Assembly: GCA_958009085.1 (NCBI GenBank)
Contig: OY253673.1
Location: forward strand, 372,001 to 436,000
DNA: 64,000 bases
Direction of reading: 5' to 3'
Source of the DNA: Protoeuglena noctilucae
Taxonomy: Eukaryota
In this document: positions 1-12,272 of the stretch, piece after piece
Layout of the letters: each line of letters opens with the position of its first letter
Position numbering within the stretch: the first letter of the stretch is position 1
Translations under genes and position numbers: made by a program
Notes under the pieces: generated by a model
What the model was told of the DNA's origin: nothing
The model's input: the letters and a program-made list of their open reading frames with translations, nothing else
Database searches by the model: none

Positions 1-1164
1 CTTGAGCTTGTTCTCCACGACGACCTTGAGCACGTCGTCCTCGGGCACGAACACCGTGTCGATGATGCCGTACTCCTTGGCCTCGTAGGGCGAGAAGTAA
101 CGGGCGCGCGCGATGTCCTGGCGGATCTGCTCCTCGGTGTGGTTGGTGTGCTTGGCCAGGAGCTCCACGATGTCGCCGGTGATGCGGCGCATCTCCATGC
201 GGTAGATGTCCAGGTCCGAAGCCTGCATCCCACCCTGCCGCACGAACCGGTTCATCGGCTCCCGGATCATGATGGACGCCGACGGCAGCGACGCGCGGTG
301 GCCCCGCTCCCCGGCGGCCAGCAGCATCGCCGCCTCGCCCCATGCGTTCCTGCGGGGACGCGCAGCCGGGTCAGGGATCTCGCTACGCGCGGCCAGGGTG
401 CGACGCGCGTCTGCGCCGGCGGCACGGCACTCACCCCACAGCGCACGTGTGGACCGGGGGCTTGATGAACTTCATGCAGTCGTAGATTGCGAAGGCCTCC
501 GCCTCGTAGCCGAGGCTCGGGCCGCCCTTGGTCACCCCCGTCGAGTTGATGTACAGATAGACGGGCTTGGTCGGGTTGTCGTATTGCAGGTACAGCAGCT
601 CGGCCATCATGAGCTCCGTGACTGCGCGGGGGACGCAGAGAGACTGTATTAGGATGCATGTGCGCGGTGGGGCGTCGGATGGTCGGCCGCTCGCGGGCCG
701 CTTGCCTGACGGCACCAAGGACATGCCCAGGTACACGATCCTCTCCTTAAACAGGTACGATGGGAGGTCCGGGGGGATCTGATCCGTCGCGTCGCCGCTA
801 AGCATGGGAATGACCTGCGGCGCGGAGGACGGGGACACGCGCACGTTCGGCGGGGCCCGCCAAGCCCCCGCATTGGCCACCCACGGCTCCCGGCGTCTGG
901 GCGACAGCCGTCGCGATTCGCGAGCGTGCATCGCGCGCAACGCCATCCAATCTAGGCATCCAGCTCGCTCCTTGCCCAGTTCGCGCGGGAGCGGCGCCTC
1001 AGGCTGCGAGCACTCACGCACTGAACGAGTAGGCCCCCGGAAGCCCGCGGGCATGCTCCCCGGCAGGGCTTGGCAGGCGCGATGAGCTGCCTGCGTCTCC
1101 CAGACAGACTGAGCGTCGCCTTCGACGACAGCGCGCCCCCGTGCGCAGCGAGCAGGCCCGCCAT
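1..1164 (-). CDS. clpR: Plastid ClpR (non-catalytic Clp protease subunit, ClpR4-like); spliced, 3' end runs off window start
   Basis: Exons give PPDLPSYLFKERIVYLGMSLVPSVTELMMAELLYLQYDNPTKPVYLYINSTG...AFAIYD...GNAWGEAAMLLAAG...YFSPYEAKEYGIID. This is a ClpP fold without the catalytic Ser motif. Transit-peptide-like N-terminus from ATG 1164. Confidence 0.9.
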
Positions 1165-1574
1165 ACTGCCACGCTGCCCCTATCCTGCCCAGCCGACGAG
1201 CTGCCGACAGCCAGGCGGCCAGATCCAGGTCAAGCAGCGAAGTGTTGGCGGATAAGAGCCGCGCAAGCTCGCACAACGCCGCGAGAGCCACCACAAAGCC
1301 CGTGGATAAACCAATGAGGGCGAGGCTTGGTGCGATGCAGGAGTGACCAATATCTGCATCGGCGGTCTGCCCGACGACTCCTCTCGCTGCTCCCGCCTGC
1401 CCGCCACCGATGTTGCACCGTCAGAGCAGTGCTGGGACGGAGACGAGTGCTTTGGAAAGGCTGTGGACGATGTTTATGAACAGGAGATTGGCCTGACCGA
1501 ACTGCGACTCTCGCTCAAGGCCGGTGGAGGCGTCTGGAAGGGCGAGCGCCTCAGCGTCTGTTTTCGCTGGGAAG

Positions 1575-3363
1575 ATGGCTGGGAGGAAGAGGAAAGCGCC
1601 CGAGCCTTCCGAGGGCCGTCCGTTGAAGCGGAAGGCCGATGTGGTGGAGGAACCGGCTGCGGAGGCGGTGCATCACCCCTCGCACGGCAAGGTGGGCGAG
1701 GCGAACCGGGCAGCGCTTTCAGGCGATGTCGGCCGTCGCCTGCCCGATGTTATATCCAGACTGTTTGCGCTCGGCCGGTGCACCGCGGCGACTGCCGCGC
1801 GACTCGAGGCCGATGGCGCGCCACCCCTGCAGGTGGCCGGGAGGGTCTTCGTGTGGGGCGACGGGGACTGCGGCCAGCTGGGGCTGGGAGAGGACGTTAC
1901 GGACCGCCTGCGACCCTGGCCCGTCGATCTGGGCGTCGAGGTTCTGCAGGTAGCCTGCGGCGGGATGCACACGGTGGCGCTCGACGCCGAGGGGGCCGTG
2001 TGGACGTGGGGCGTGAACGACGAGGGCGCGCTGGGGCGCCCGACGGCGGGCGAGTCGGCAAAGAAGCTGTGGGAGGCCGCCAATGCCGGAGACCTGCCCG
2101 TGGAGGACGCGTACCGCCCCGCCCGAGTGCGGATGCCCGAGGGTGCGGCGCGCATCGTCCAGGTCTCCGCCGGCGACTCGCACACGTGCGCGCTGGCGGA
2201 GGACGGTACCTTGTGGGCCTGGGGAACCTTCCGGGACTCGTCGGGCGTCATGGGGTTCTCCCCGGACGTGCGGACCCAGGTGTCGCCGGCGGCGGTCTTT
2301 GGCCCCGAGGCTGGCATGCCGCACCGGGCCGCCAAGATTAGCAGCGGGTGAGCGCGAGCCCAGCAAAGCTTCGCAGAGCGTGGAGCGCCCTCGTCTCGTT
2401 GACCCGCTTTTCTTTGCACGTCGCAGGGACGACCACGTGGTGGCCATCACGGTGGCTGGGAGGGTCTTTTCTTGGGGCAACGGGCAACAGGGCCAGCTCG
2501 GGCGCGTCGGCGAGCGTATCCCCGAGAACCGGCGCCTCTCCGCGTTCCTCACCCCGGCCGAGATCCTGGTCCTCAAGCGGCCTTCCAAGGGCCTCCGCGT
2601 TGTCGATGTCCAGTGCAAGTCCTTCTCCACCTTCGTGTCCCTCTCTGGTGAGCTCTCCGTGACTGAATTGGTCATTAACCTATTAACACGTCGCACCCCG
2701 GGGCTGCTCGCTTGTTAGTTGCTCACGCCAGCGCCCATGGCTGCCCCCAGACGGCCGGGTGTACGCGTGCGGGCTGAACAACTACGGGCAGCTTGGCCTG
2801 AAGAAGGAGGGGTGCATTTTCGCCCCGGTGAAGGTGCCGGAGCTGCAGGGCTGCTCGCTGATCCGCCCTGGGCAGCACCACACCCTGGCGGTGCGGGACA
2901 ACATGCTGTACGCGCTTGGCCGGACCACCTACGGGCGGCTGGGCAGGGCCGACGTGGACGCCACGGCGGACGCTGCCGTCCACGAGCTGGGAGCGGTCGC
3001 GGGCCTCGAAGAGTGCGCGCCCGTGGCGGGCGCTGCGGGAGGCCTTGCGGTGTCGGGGTGCTTTGGTGGGCCAGAGGGGCGGCTGTGGCTCTGGGGTATG
3101 GGGGGACCCTTGCAAGGCAACGGGGATGAGGAGGACGACTGCCTCACGCCGCAGGTGAGGCGTTTGGGTGCTGTGTCGGGGCGGCAACGGCGGCCGACTA
3201 GGCTAGGGCAAACACGGGTGGCCCTGCGTGCTGCACGCAGAGGGTGAAGGAGTCGAAGAAGTTTAACGGGTGGAAGTGCCTCATGCTCGAGTTTGGCGGT
3301 CAGCACGCCTGCATGCTCGGCGTGAGGCGCGAGGGCTACGTAGTCCCGGAGGGCGCCGAGTGA
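1575..3363 (+). CDS. RCC1-repeat protein (regulator of chromosome condensation-like), spliced
   Basis: Repeated VFVWGDGDCGQLGLG, VACGGMHTVAL, VSAGDSHT, GNGQQGQLGR and FGGQHA motifs. Basic N-terminal NLS (GRKRK, LKRK). Last exon ends TGA 3361-3363. Confidence 0.88.
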
Positions 3364-3627
3364 AGGGCGCAGAGCGGTTGACCTGTGGCCTCCCCCTGTG
3401 TACTCTGAGCCGCGCACCGCCTTGAACGTCTTCGCACTGTCTACGGCGCGAATACCGCGCTCCCGGAGCCTGCGCCGGTGACGCACGGGGGCCCGGCAGG
3501 GCCAGGGAGCACCCATGGTGGTCGAGCCCGATCACGACAGCCTCGCAACGGCGCGTTTTGAGAAAGGGTGAGTTTGGGGGCGACCTTGAGCGAGCGAGTC
3601 GCGGTACGAAACGCTTTGCAGTTCAGC

Positions 3628-4557
3628 ATGCCGAGCCGCCCCCAGCGGGACCGAACGCGACGCGTCGACAACGCTCGCGCATTCTATGTTGAGTCCATGA
3701 ATTGCTGGCTGCGCTTTCCTTGCCTCGGAGGCGGCGCAGGAGTGGCAGTTGGGGACCCAGACATTGCGCATCAGCGTGACCCGCTTCCGTCACGCCGATC
3801 GCCCGAGGCCGCCGTTTCCGGCATATACGCACTCATCGGATCGCTCCGACACCGTCTGGTTTGATCGCGTCCCTCTTGCGGCCCCCGCGCGCAGGTTCGA
3901 GCATGACGACAGGGCCTCGGGGACGTGCTCCCCGAGCGAGCACGCAGCCCGCGTTTTCGCCTGCAACGTCTGCTTCGGAGACGCCGTGGAGCCAGTCGTG
4001 ACGCAGTGCGGGCACCTCTACTGCTGGAAGTGCCTGTACCGGTGGGCCCAGGCTCCTCGAACTGCCTCGTGCGCCCCATGGTGCCCGGTGTGCAACGCTC
4101 AGCTGGACCTCTCCCACGTCGTGCCCATCTACACACGCGGCGGTGCGCTGGAGGAGGATGCCGCGCTGGCCTCCTCGGGCGACTCGGATTTGATGGACGA
4201 CGAGGAGTTGGCGATACCGCCCCGGTGCGTCCTATGCAGAGCACCTCGCGAAGCTCCTTGCGTGCCTCCGGCGGGGCTGCAGGTGAGGTCAGTAGGCAGC
4301 TTGTCTACCTCACGCTTCCGCTGAGCTGCCGAGTTCCCTCCTGCCCTCGCAGTCCCAAGGCGCGGCGGCCACCGACCGTGCGCATGGACGCAATTGCAGG
4401 CGACCTCACGCTGGGTTTGGCCCAGGCCATGCACATGCGGGAGCTGGCCATGGGCCTCGACAGCTCAGGGAGCGCCGCGGATGCCAGGCTCGCCATGCAG
4501 CGAGGGCTGCTGCTCGTGGGATGCGTCCTCATTTCCATGGTTCTCTGCTTCCTCTGA
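3628..4557 (+). CDS. RMA/RNF5/RNF185-type C3HC4 RING E3 ligase with C-terminal membrane anchor; start uncertain
   Basis: FACNVCFGDAVEPVVTQCGHLYCWKCLYRW...CPVC...VVPIYTRG, followed by hydrophobic tail GLLLVGCVLISMVLCFL. Confidence 0.82.
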
Positions 4558-4848
4558 GCTACGTGGATGCATTTGTCCGCTCTAGCGCTCACTTTCACGA
4601 ACCTACAAGGGCACGATGTCTGACGATGGGACACATTGCCCGGTCCTATCCCGCCCTCTTTTACACCATCGCCCTCTTGCTTTAGCCCTAGGTCCGTTTC
4701 TTTCGTTGGGATCAACAGTTCAACGTGCCACGCAGCAAGGGCTGGCCCCCAGGTGCCTCGCACGCTTCCGTCATCACTGCTCTGCCAACACCCTCCCCGC
4801 CCACCGGCTATGACTGGCACTCGCGACCCGGCCCACCCAGCCGGCCCT

Positions 4849-6503
4849 TCACGCCTCTGCCTCCTTCTCGACGTTCTCCGTCGCAGAGATACGGTCCTTG
4901 AACAGAGCCGCCATCTCCTCCGCCCGGTCAAACACGACCTGGGGGTTGCGGATGAAGTCCCCGGGAGCCGGCTCCAGCTTCTTCGTCGACAGCGCGAACC
5001 TGCGGCGCGAGGGCGGCCGTGCTCTCATGTTGGATTTGCGCTTTAGTGCCACCCGCACACAGCCCTGCCTCTCGGGCACCCTTGCGCCAGCTCCTGGCCA
5101 GCCACCGCGTCCGCAAGGCCGCCAAGTTCGCCGCATGACACACATCGCTGAGCCCCTCACCGGTTCTTCTCCTTGTCCAGGCCCAGGACCATGACCTTGA
5201 TCTTGTCGCCGGGCGCAATGACGTTGTTGATGTTGGTGATGCGCTCGGCCGTCATCTGGGAGATGTGGAGGAGCCCCGAGATGCCGCCCATGTCGACGAA
5301 GGCGCCGTAGGGCTTGACGGCCGTCACGGTGCCCTCCACCACGTCACCGGGCGACATGCTCTGCTGGGCCGCGGCCCCCTCCTCCGACACGCCCTCCACG
5401 CGGCGGTTGGAAAGCACGAGCTTCTGCGACGTCTCGTCGACGTCGATGACCTTCATCGGGATGACCTGGCCCGTCATGTCGTCCTTGCTGTACATGGGAG
5501 ACAGCTGCGACACGGGCACGAAGCCCCGCACGCCCATCACGTCCACCATCACGCCGCCGCGGTTGGAGGCGTACACGGTCCCCTCGACGGTGATGTCCTC
5601 GTCCAGACACTGGCGGAGGCGCTGCCACACCACTTCCAGCTCCAGCTTGCGGATCGAGAGCGTCACCTCCTGCGAGGAGTTCGAGCCCACCACGACGAAT
5701 TCGCGAGTCGTCCCGGGGCTGATGACGTCGGAAGGCTCCGAAATCGGCGCGATGGACAGCTGCGGGGGCGGCGGACAAGCGGCGTCGGCGCGCGGGCGTG
5801 GGGAAGCGCCAGCCAGGGGGCTGCAGACCAGGCCCGGGCGGCGCGGAGACGCGGCCACCACCGCGGGCGCGGCTGCCCCGATCGCGCTCGCTTGAAATCG
5901 CTTGCCTCAGCGGTGGGCACGAACGCGGGCGCCTTGCCGCCGATGTCGACCATGGCGCCCCGGTTGTCCACCTTGAGGACGTTCCCGCTGATGCGCTCCC
6001 CGGGCTTGTACTGCGGGGCCGACGAAACGCAGAGCATATAGTGTGCAGCCAGCAGCGCGCGCGCGCGCAGAGGCCTCGCGACGGGCCTGAGCGAGCGCCT
6101 GGATTCGAGCAAGGGTGCGTTCCTGAGCCCACGCGCGCGCGCTCACCAACAAGTTGAAGTCGCCGATCAGCTTCTCGAACTCCTGGTACATGTCCGCCTC
6201 CGCAGGAGTGGCGAGGGCGCGAACGGGACCGGCACACCGGCGCGCCTGCGCTCGCGGGATGGTTGGGTTGACATGGCGACCGCGCCGCGCTGCGCGCGGA
6301 CCCCCGGGGCTGCGACCCTGCCGTGCAATACATTCGTCGAGCAGAGTCCTCTCGCTCCCATCAAACGCGGAACGGCAGCTGGGCGGTGACGCGCGCGCGG
6401 GATAAACAGCCGCCGGGCCTGGGGAAGCCGTCACCTGGACGGGATTGACCCGCACGGCGGAGGAGGCGGCCTTGGGCGCCGACAGGCGCATCGCGAATGC
6501 CAT
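4849..6503 (-). CDS. rps1: Plastid 30S ribosomal protein S1, spliced
   Basis: Three S1 domains ([69 protein letters not shown]). C-terminal [28 protein letters not shown]. Transit peptide [10 protein letters not shown]. Confidence 0.93.
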
Positions 6504-6943
6504 CTCCCAACAGCCTCTGCGATGGACGCGCAGCGGCGGTGTGGTCGCGACGGAATCCGGTCCCACGCCGCCTGTGAGTGATGCCTGGCCGTGCTGCGAG
6601 CTGCCGGCGCGACTGAGCTAACGGGAGGCTAGACGTGGGCAAAAGGACCACACAGACGCGATAGGGGGGCCATTGATCGGGTCCGGCTGCCTGTCCGACC
6701 CTGACTGGCGTGGGGAGAATGACCGGGTTTGCCTTGCAAGATCTGCGAGCGCGCTTTCAAGAACCACTTTGCGAATCGGGAAGAAACTGCGGACGCCGCT
6801 CACGCCCGAGACTGCTTGGAGCCACTCGGCGAGATTGCCGGCGCGCGGATTCCCGGTTGGTGGCCCATCTTTTCACTTGCAAGTCGATTGATTGGCTGAC
6901 CCGTCCGCTGGCGACCCTCGCCCCTATCGACAGTGCGGGAGAA

Positions 6944-9900
6944 ATGGCCGGGCTGGGATGCACCACCGCGCGTGTGGCGGCGTGCAGGCATCGCGTGCCG
7001 GTCGGGGAGAGTTCGCGTTCCATCTGCGTGGGGTTCAGGAGGGCGCCCGCCCCCACCCCAGCGCGTGGTGCGCGGGGAGGGGCGGCGCAGGATGGGTCGT
7101 TGCATCCATCTCGCGCGGGCTCGCGCCGCGCTGTCCGGGCGTCTGCGCTGTTCGACAACCTGCAGCAGATGATCTCCGGCGACCCAGCTGAGAAGACGAG
7201 GAAGAAGTACTTTCCGCGCGTGGACAGGATCAACGGGCTGGAACTCACCATAAAGGTGCGCCCCTCGCGCCCCAGGGCGACGTTTCTGCCCGCTCGACTG
7301 CCCGCCCCATTTTGGATGTTGTCCGTCGCCCTGCTAGCCTTGCGGATTCCTGTCTACCACGAGCCAGCGCCCGCTCGAGCCCGGCACTGGGTGGCCAGTC
7401 GCTCGTGGCCTTCTCGCGCGCAGGAGCTCTCGGACGACGAGCTTCGCGCCAAGGCTTCCGAGCTTCGGGAGAGGGTTCAGGGCGGCGCGTCCCTGGACAG
7501 CGTGCTCGAGGAGGCGTTCGCGCTCGGTGAGCCGAGCAGCCGCGCGCCACCAAGCAGCTGCCCAACCCTAGCCCATCCCTCCCCGCCCACACACACACCT
7601 CCGCCCGCGCCCCCCCCGCAGTGCGCGAGGCGAGCTCCCGCGTGCTGGGCCTGCGCCCCTTCGACGTGCAGCTGATGGGCGGCATGATTCTTCACGAGGG
7701 TCAGATCGCGGAGATGCGCACGGGCGAGGGCAAGACCCTGGTGGCCGTCCTCCCCGCCTTCCTCAACGCCCTGGCCGGCAAGGGCGTCCACGTGGTCACC
7801 GTGAACGACTACCTGGCCCGCCGTGACTCGGAGTGGGTCGGCCAGGTGCACCGCTTCCTGGGTCTCACGGTGGGGCTGGTCCAGCAGGGCATGGACGAGG
7901 CGGAGCGCAAGCGGGCGTACGCGGCGGACGTCACGTACGTCACCAACTCGGAGCTGGGCTTCGACTACCTGCGTGACAACCTCTGCAACCGCCCCGAGGA
8001 GTTGGTGCAGCGCCCCTTCGCGTTTTGCATCATCGACGAGGTGGACAGCATCCTGATCGACGAGGCGCGCACGCCGCTCATCATCTCGGGATCCGCGGAC
8101 GCCCCGAGCGACAAGTACCAGAAGGCCACCAAGCTGGCGGGGGCGCTGGTGCTCGGGGTGCACTACACGGTGGACGAGAAGCAGCGAGCGGTGCTGATCA
8201 CTGATGAGGGCTACGCTGCGGCGGAGGAGGTCCTGGGCGTCTCTGACCTCTACGAGCCCCGTGCGCAATGGGCCACGTACGTCCTCAACGCCTTGAAGGC
8301 CAAGGAGCTGTACAAGCGCGACGTGCAGTACATCGCGAAGGGCGGGGAGATCATCATCGTGGACGAGTTCACTGGTGAGTGGCTGGGTTGACAATTGATA
8401 ACAGTTAGCGGGTGGTAGGCGGGTGGGGAGGGGCCCGGGTGTCAAGGCTTGTGTGGCGGGCAGTTTGCGTGGCCTCTGCGTTTCAGCTGACGTGTCAACG
8501 GGTCATTGAGTGGGCGATGAGAGTGTTTTGGTCAGACTGTTGCATGTGACACATGCAGCCATCGTCTAACGCGGCACCTCTCCCGCAGGCCGCACCATGC
8601 CGGGCCGCCGGTGGAGCGACGGTCTCCACCAGGCCATCGAGGCCAAGGAGGGCTTAGAGGTGAAGGAGGAGTCCATCACGCTCGCGTCCATCTCGTACCA
8701 GGCTTTGTTCCGCATGTTCCCACGGCTGGCGGGCATGACCGGCACGGCCGCCACAGGTGGGCGGCGGTGGGGGTGGTGGCGGTGGGGTGGGGTGGGGTGG
8801 TCCAGGCCACAAGTTGGGCTTGCGGCTGTGTCTGACCAGTGCGATCTCGGAACTTTGTTCCCGCATGGCCCTGCTGTGTCTGCCTGCTGGTCTCTCTGTG
8901 CACACGTCAGTGCCCATTCCAGCGCTGTGGCTACTGACGCCACTTGCGTTAGACTCAGCTCTCGCGGACTCGCTGCGATCGCAGAGACGAAGGAGTTCAA
9001 GGACATCTACGGCCTGGACGTGACGGTGGTGCCCCCCAACCGCATCATCCAGCGCGACGACTTCGACGACGTTGTGTTCGCCCGTCTGTCTGGCAAGTGG
9101 AACGCGGTGGTGACGGAGGTCAAGCGGATGAACAAGAAGGGCAGGCCCGTGCTCGTGGGGACCACGTCAGTCGAGGGGTCCGAGATGCTCGCACGTGAGT
9201 CGGGGTGGGGGTGGGATGGTGCATTGGGTGTGGGGAGCGCAGGTGAAGAGTATGGGCTGGGTTGGGTGTGCTGAGCGTGGTTGGGGTGTGGTCATGACGT
9301 GCAATGGTTGGGTGTGGAACTAGAGCTTTCAGCTACAGTATTGGTTGGGTCCTCATGAGCTGTTATCGCACGTGCCCTTGTCGGTGACTGGGTCACATGC
9401 GTGTGTGCCACGCACGGGAACCCTGACCCGCGACGTCGCCTGCAGAGATGCTGCGGGAGGAGGACATCACGTGCCAGGTGCTGAACGCCAAGCCCGAGAA
9501 CGTGGAGCGGGAGGCGGAGATCGTCGCGCAGGCCGGTCGCAAGGGCATGGTGACCATCGCCACCAACATGGCCGGTCGAGGCACGGACATCCTGCTGGGC
9601 GGCAACTCCGAGTTCATGGCCCGTTTGAAGGTCCGCGAGGCTCTGATGCCCCGGGTGGTGTCGCTGGTGGAGTCTTCGGACACCGTCCGACGCGTGCGGT
9701 CGTGGAAGGTCGCGGAGGGGCTGTTCCCCAGGGAGCTTACGGCTGAGGCGAGTGGGTGGTGGTGGGGTGGGGGTGTTGGTGGTGATAGTAGTGGTGGTGG
9801 TGGTCAACACATGGCTCAGGGTCTCACCTCACGTGGCTGCTTCCTTAGGTGCACTCGTGCACACGTGGTCATCCCAATCATCTTCCCTCTACCCCGCAGA

Positions 9901-11798
9901 CGAAGGCCCTGGTGGACGCGGCGGTGTCCAAGGCCGTGGATGCCTGGGGCGACCGTCGCCTGGAGGCCCGCCTTGCCGAGGACCGACTGTCGGTGGCCTG
10001 CGAAAAGGGGCCCACCGAGGACGCGGCTCTGCTGGCCATCCGGGAGGCGTTCCGTGCTGTGGAGAGGGAGTACGACGAGGTGGTTCGGAAGGACCGGGAG
10101 GAAGTGCGGGCGCTGGGGGGGCTGCACGTGATCGGCACTGAGGTGAGGGGCGGTGCGGGGGTAGGGGAGGGGGTGAGGGGGGGTGCAGGGGGTGGCAAAG
10201 ATCGGGAGGGGGTCATGGGGTGTGTTGGGATGTTGGGGAGCAACGTGGACGACATTGCAAGTGCTATGTTGAGGGCCAGAGTCCCGCCGCATCGACAACC
10301 ACCCACCTCACTCCTCACCCACCTCACTCCCTCTCCCTCTCCCTCTCCCTCCACCTCACAGCGCCACGAGTCCCGCCGCATCGACAACCAGCTCCGCGGC
10401 CGCGGCGGCCGGCAGGGCGACCCCGGCAGCACCCGCTTCTTCCTTTCCCTCGAGGACAACCTGTTCCGCGTGTTCGGCGGCAACAAGATCCAGTCCGTCA
10501 TGGAGATGTTCAGGGTCGAGGACCTACCGATTGAATCTGGCATGCTGACCAAGTCCCTCGACGAGGCTCAGAGGAAGGTCGAGGCGTACTTCTTCGACAT
10601 CCGCAAGAACCTGTTCGAGTACGACCAGGTCGTCAACACCCAGCGCGCTAAGGTCTACGCGGAGAGGAGGCTCGCCCTGGAGGCGCCGTCGCTCGAGGGG
10701 AAGGCGAGTCGGGGGATGGGGCGTGTCTGGGTGTTGGGTGGTGGGGAAGGCGAGTGGGGTGGATGGGGCGTGTGGGGGTGTCTGATGTTTGATGAGGCGA
10801 GTGGGAAGGAGATGAGAGATGGGAGGGATGAGGCATATAAGGTTGTTTGCTGAAGGGGAAGGCGAGTAGGGGGATGAGGTGGTGGGGGGTGTGGGGAGGA
10901 CATGGTGGGCGGGGTGGAGTTGGGGAGATGAGGCGTGGGTGGAGCGAGGGGTTGGCTGGCCTCGCCACACCATGGACACTGGTCTTACCTTGCTTGACCC
11001 CATCCCACCCTGCTTGACCCCATCGCATCTTGCTCAACCTCTCCCCACCCTGGTCGACCCCGCCCCACCTGCCTCGCTCCCTCACAGATGGTGGAGTACG
11101 CAGAGAAGACCGCGGACGACATCCTGGAGGCCAACGTGAACCCATCCGAGCCCGTCGACAGCTGGCGCCTCGACTCCCTCGCTTCTAAGATGATCCAGTA
11201 CTGCCCCATCATGGCGGGCGACGGCGTGACGGGTCTCTCCGGCGCCGACCTGCGAAAGGCGGCGGGGGCGGGTGGTCCCGCGGGGTTCGAGTCCCTCCGG
11301 GCGTACATGCGCCAGGCGTCCGTGCAGGCCTACCAGATGAAGCGGAGCTTCGTGGAGGGAGTGGAGACGGGGCTCATGCACGAGGCTGAGAGGTTCTTCT
11401 TGCTCCGTAACATTGACCAGCTGTGGAAGGACCATTTGCAGGCCATCAAGTTCATCCAGCAGGCCGTCGGGCTGCGCGGCTACGCCCAGCGGGACCCGCT
11501 GACCGAGTTCAAGCTGGAGAGCTACAACCTGTACCAGGAGATGATGTCCCAGGTGCGCAGGAACGTCATCTACAACGTGTACGTGTTTGAGCCGCTCAAG
11601 GCCAGGCGCCTGGGGGAGGCGGAGAAGGGTGCGGAGAAGGGTGCGGAGAAGGGCGGGGAGAAGGGCGAGGGGGCGGGGTCGCGCAAGGGTGGCAAGGGGC
11701 GCAAGGCGGGGGGTGGCGCGAGCGAGGGCGAGGGGGAGGGCGGGGAGGCAAAGGCGGAGAAGGAGGGTAGCAGCGTGGGCAAGGCCACGGCCAGGTGA
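6944..11798 (+). CDS. secA: Chloroplast (thylakoid) SecA translocase ATPase, spliced
   Basis: [89 protein letters not shown]. Transit peptide from ATG 6944. Confidence 0.97.
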
Positions 11799-12125
11799 AG
11801 GGGCGGCTGTGGTGGTGGGAGAGTAGCGCGAGGGGCGCGTTGAAGTTGCATCAAGACCGTGCGTTGAATAGCGGTTCACAAGCGAGGGCGCAAGCGTAGC
11901 GCGGCACATGCACCAGGCGCCAGTTGATAGGGAGATGAAGCGGGAGGGGTCATGCACGCCCGTTGCATGACGTAAAACTATCAAATCGAAATTTATAACT
12001 GGGCAAATGAACATGAATGAGCCAATCGACAAGGGCGCTGCTCAGCGCTGCAATTCGTGTCGCTCAGGATGTTGGGTTGTCATCTTGCACAGAACTACTC
12101 ATCTAAGCTCCCATGGCGTCATCGA

Positions 12126-12272
12126 TGTCACCCCAGGTGCAGTTGGCAACCCCGACTGTGCAGTCAGCCGTCAGCAGTCAGTGGCCGCGTCTCCCCGGGT
12201 GCAGTGGCCTGTGCAGACCCCGACTGTGCAGTCAGCAGGCAGCAGTCAGTGGCTGTGTCACCCCGGGTGCAG
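12126..12272. repeat. Degenerate tandem repeat (~62-68 bp unit, ~2.3 copies) overlapping the stop/3' UTR of the Kelch gene
   Basis: Recurring tgtcaccccRggtgcag...ccccgactgtgcagtcagc...cagcagtcagtggc at 12126, 12188 and 12256. Confidence 0.75.

Noticed and set aside
11620..11670. 12-bp tandem repeat in secA
   Set aside because: It encodes a low-complexity GAEK tail, an ordinary coding microrepeat.
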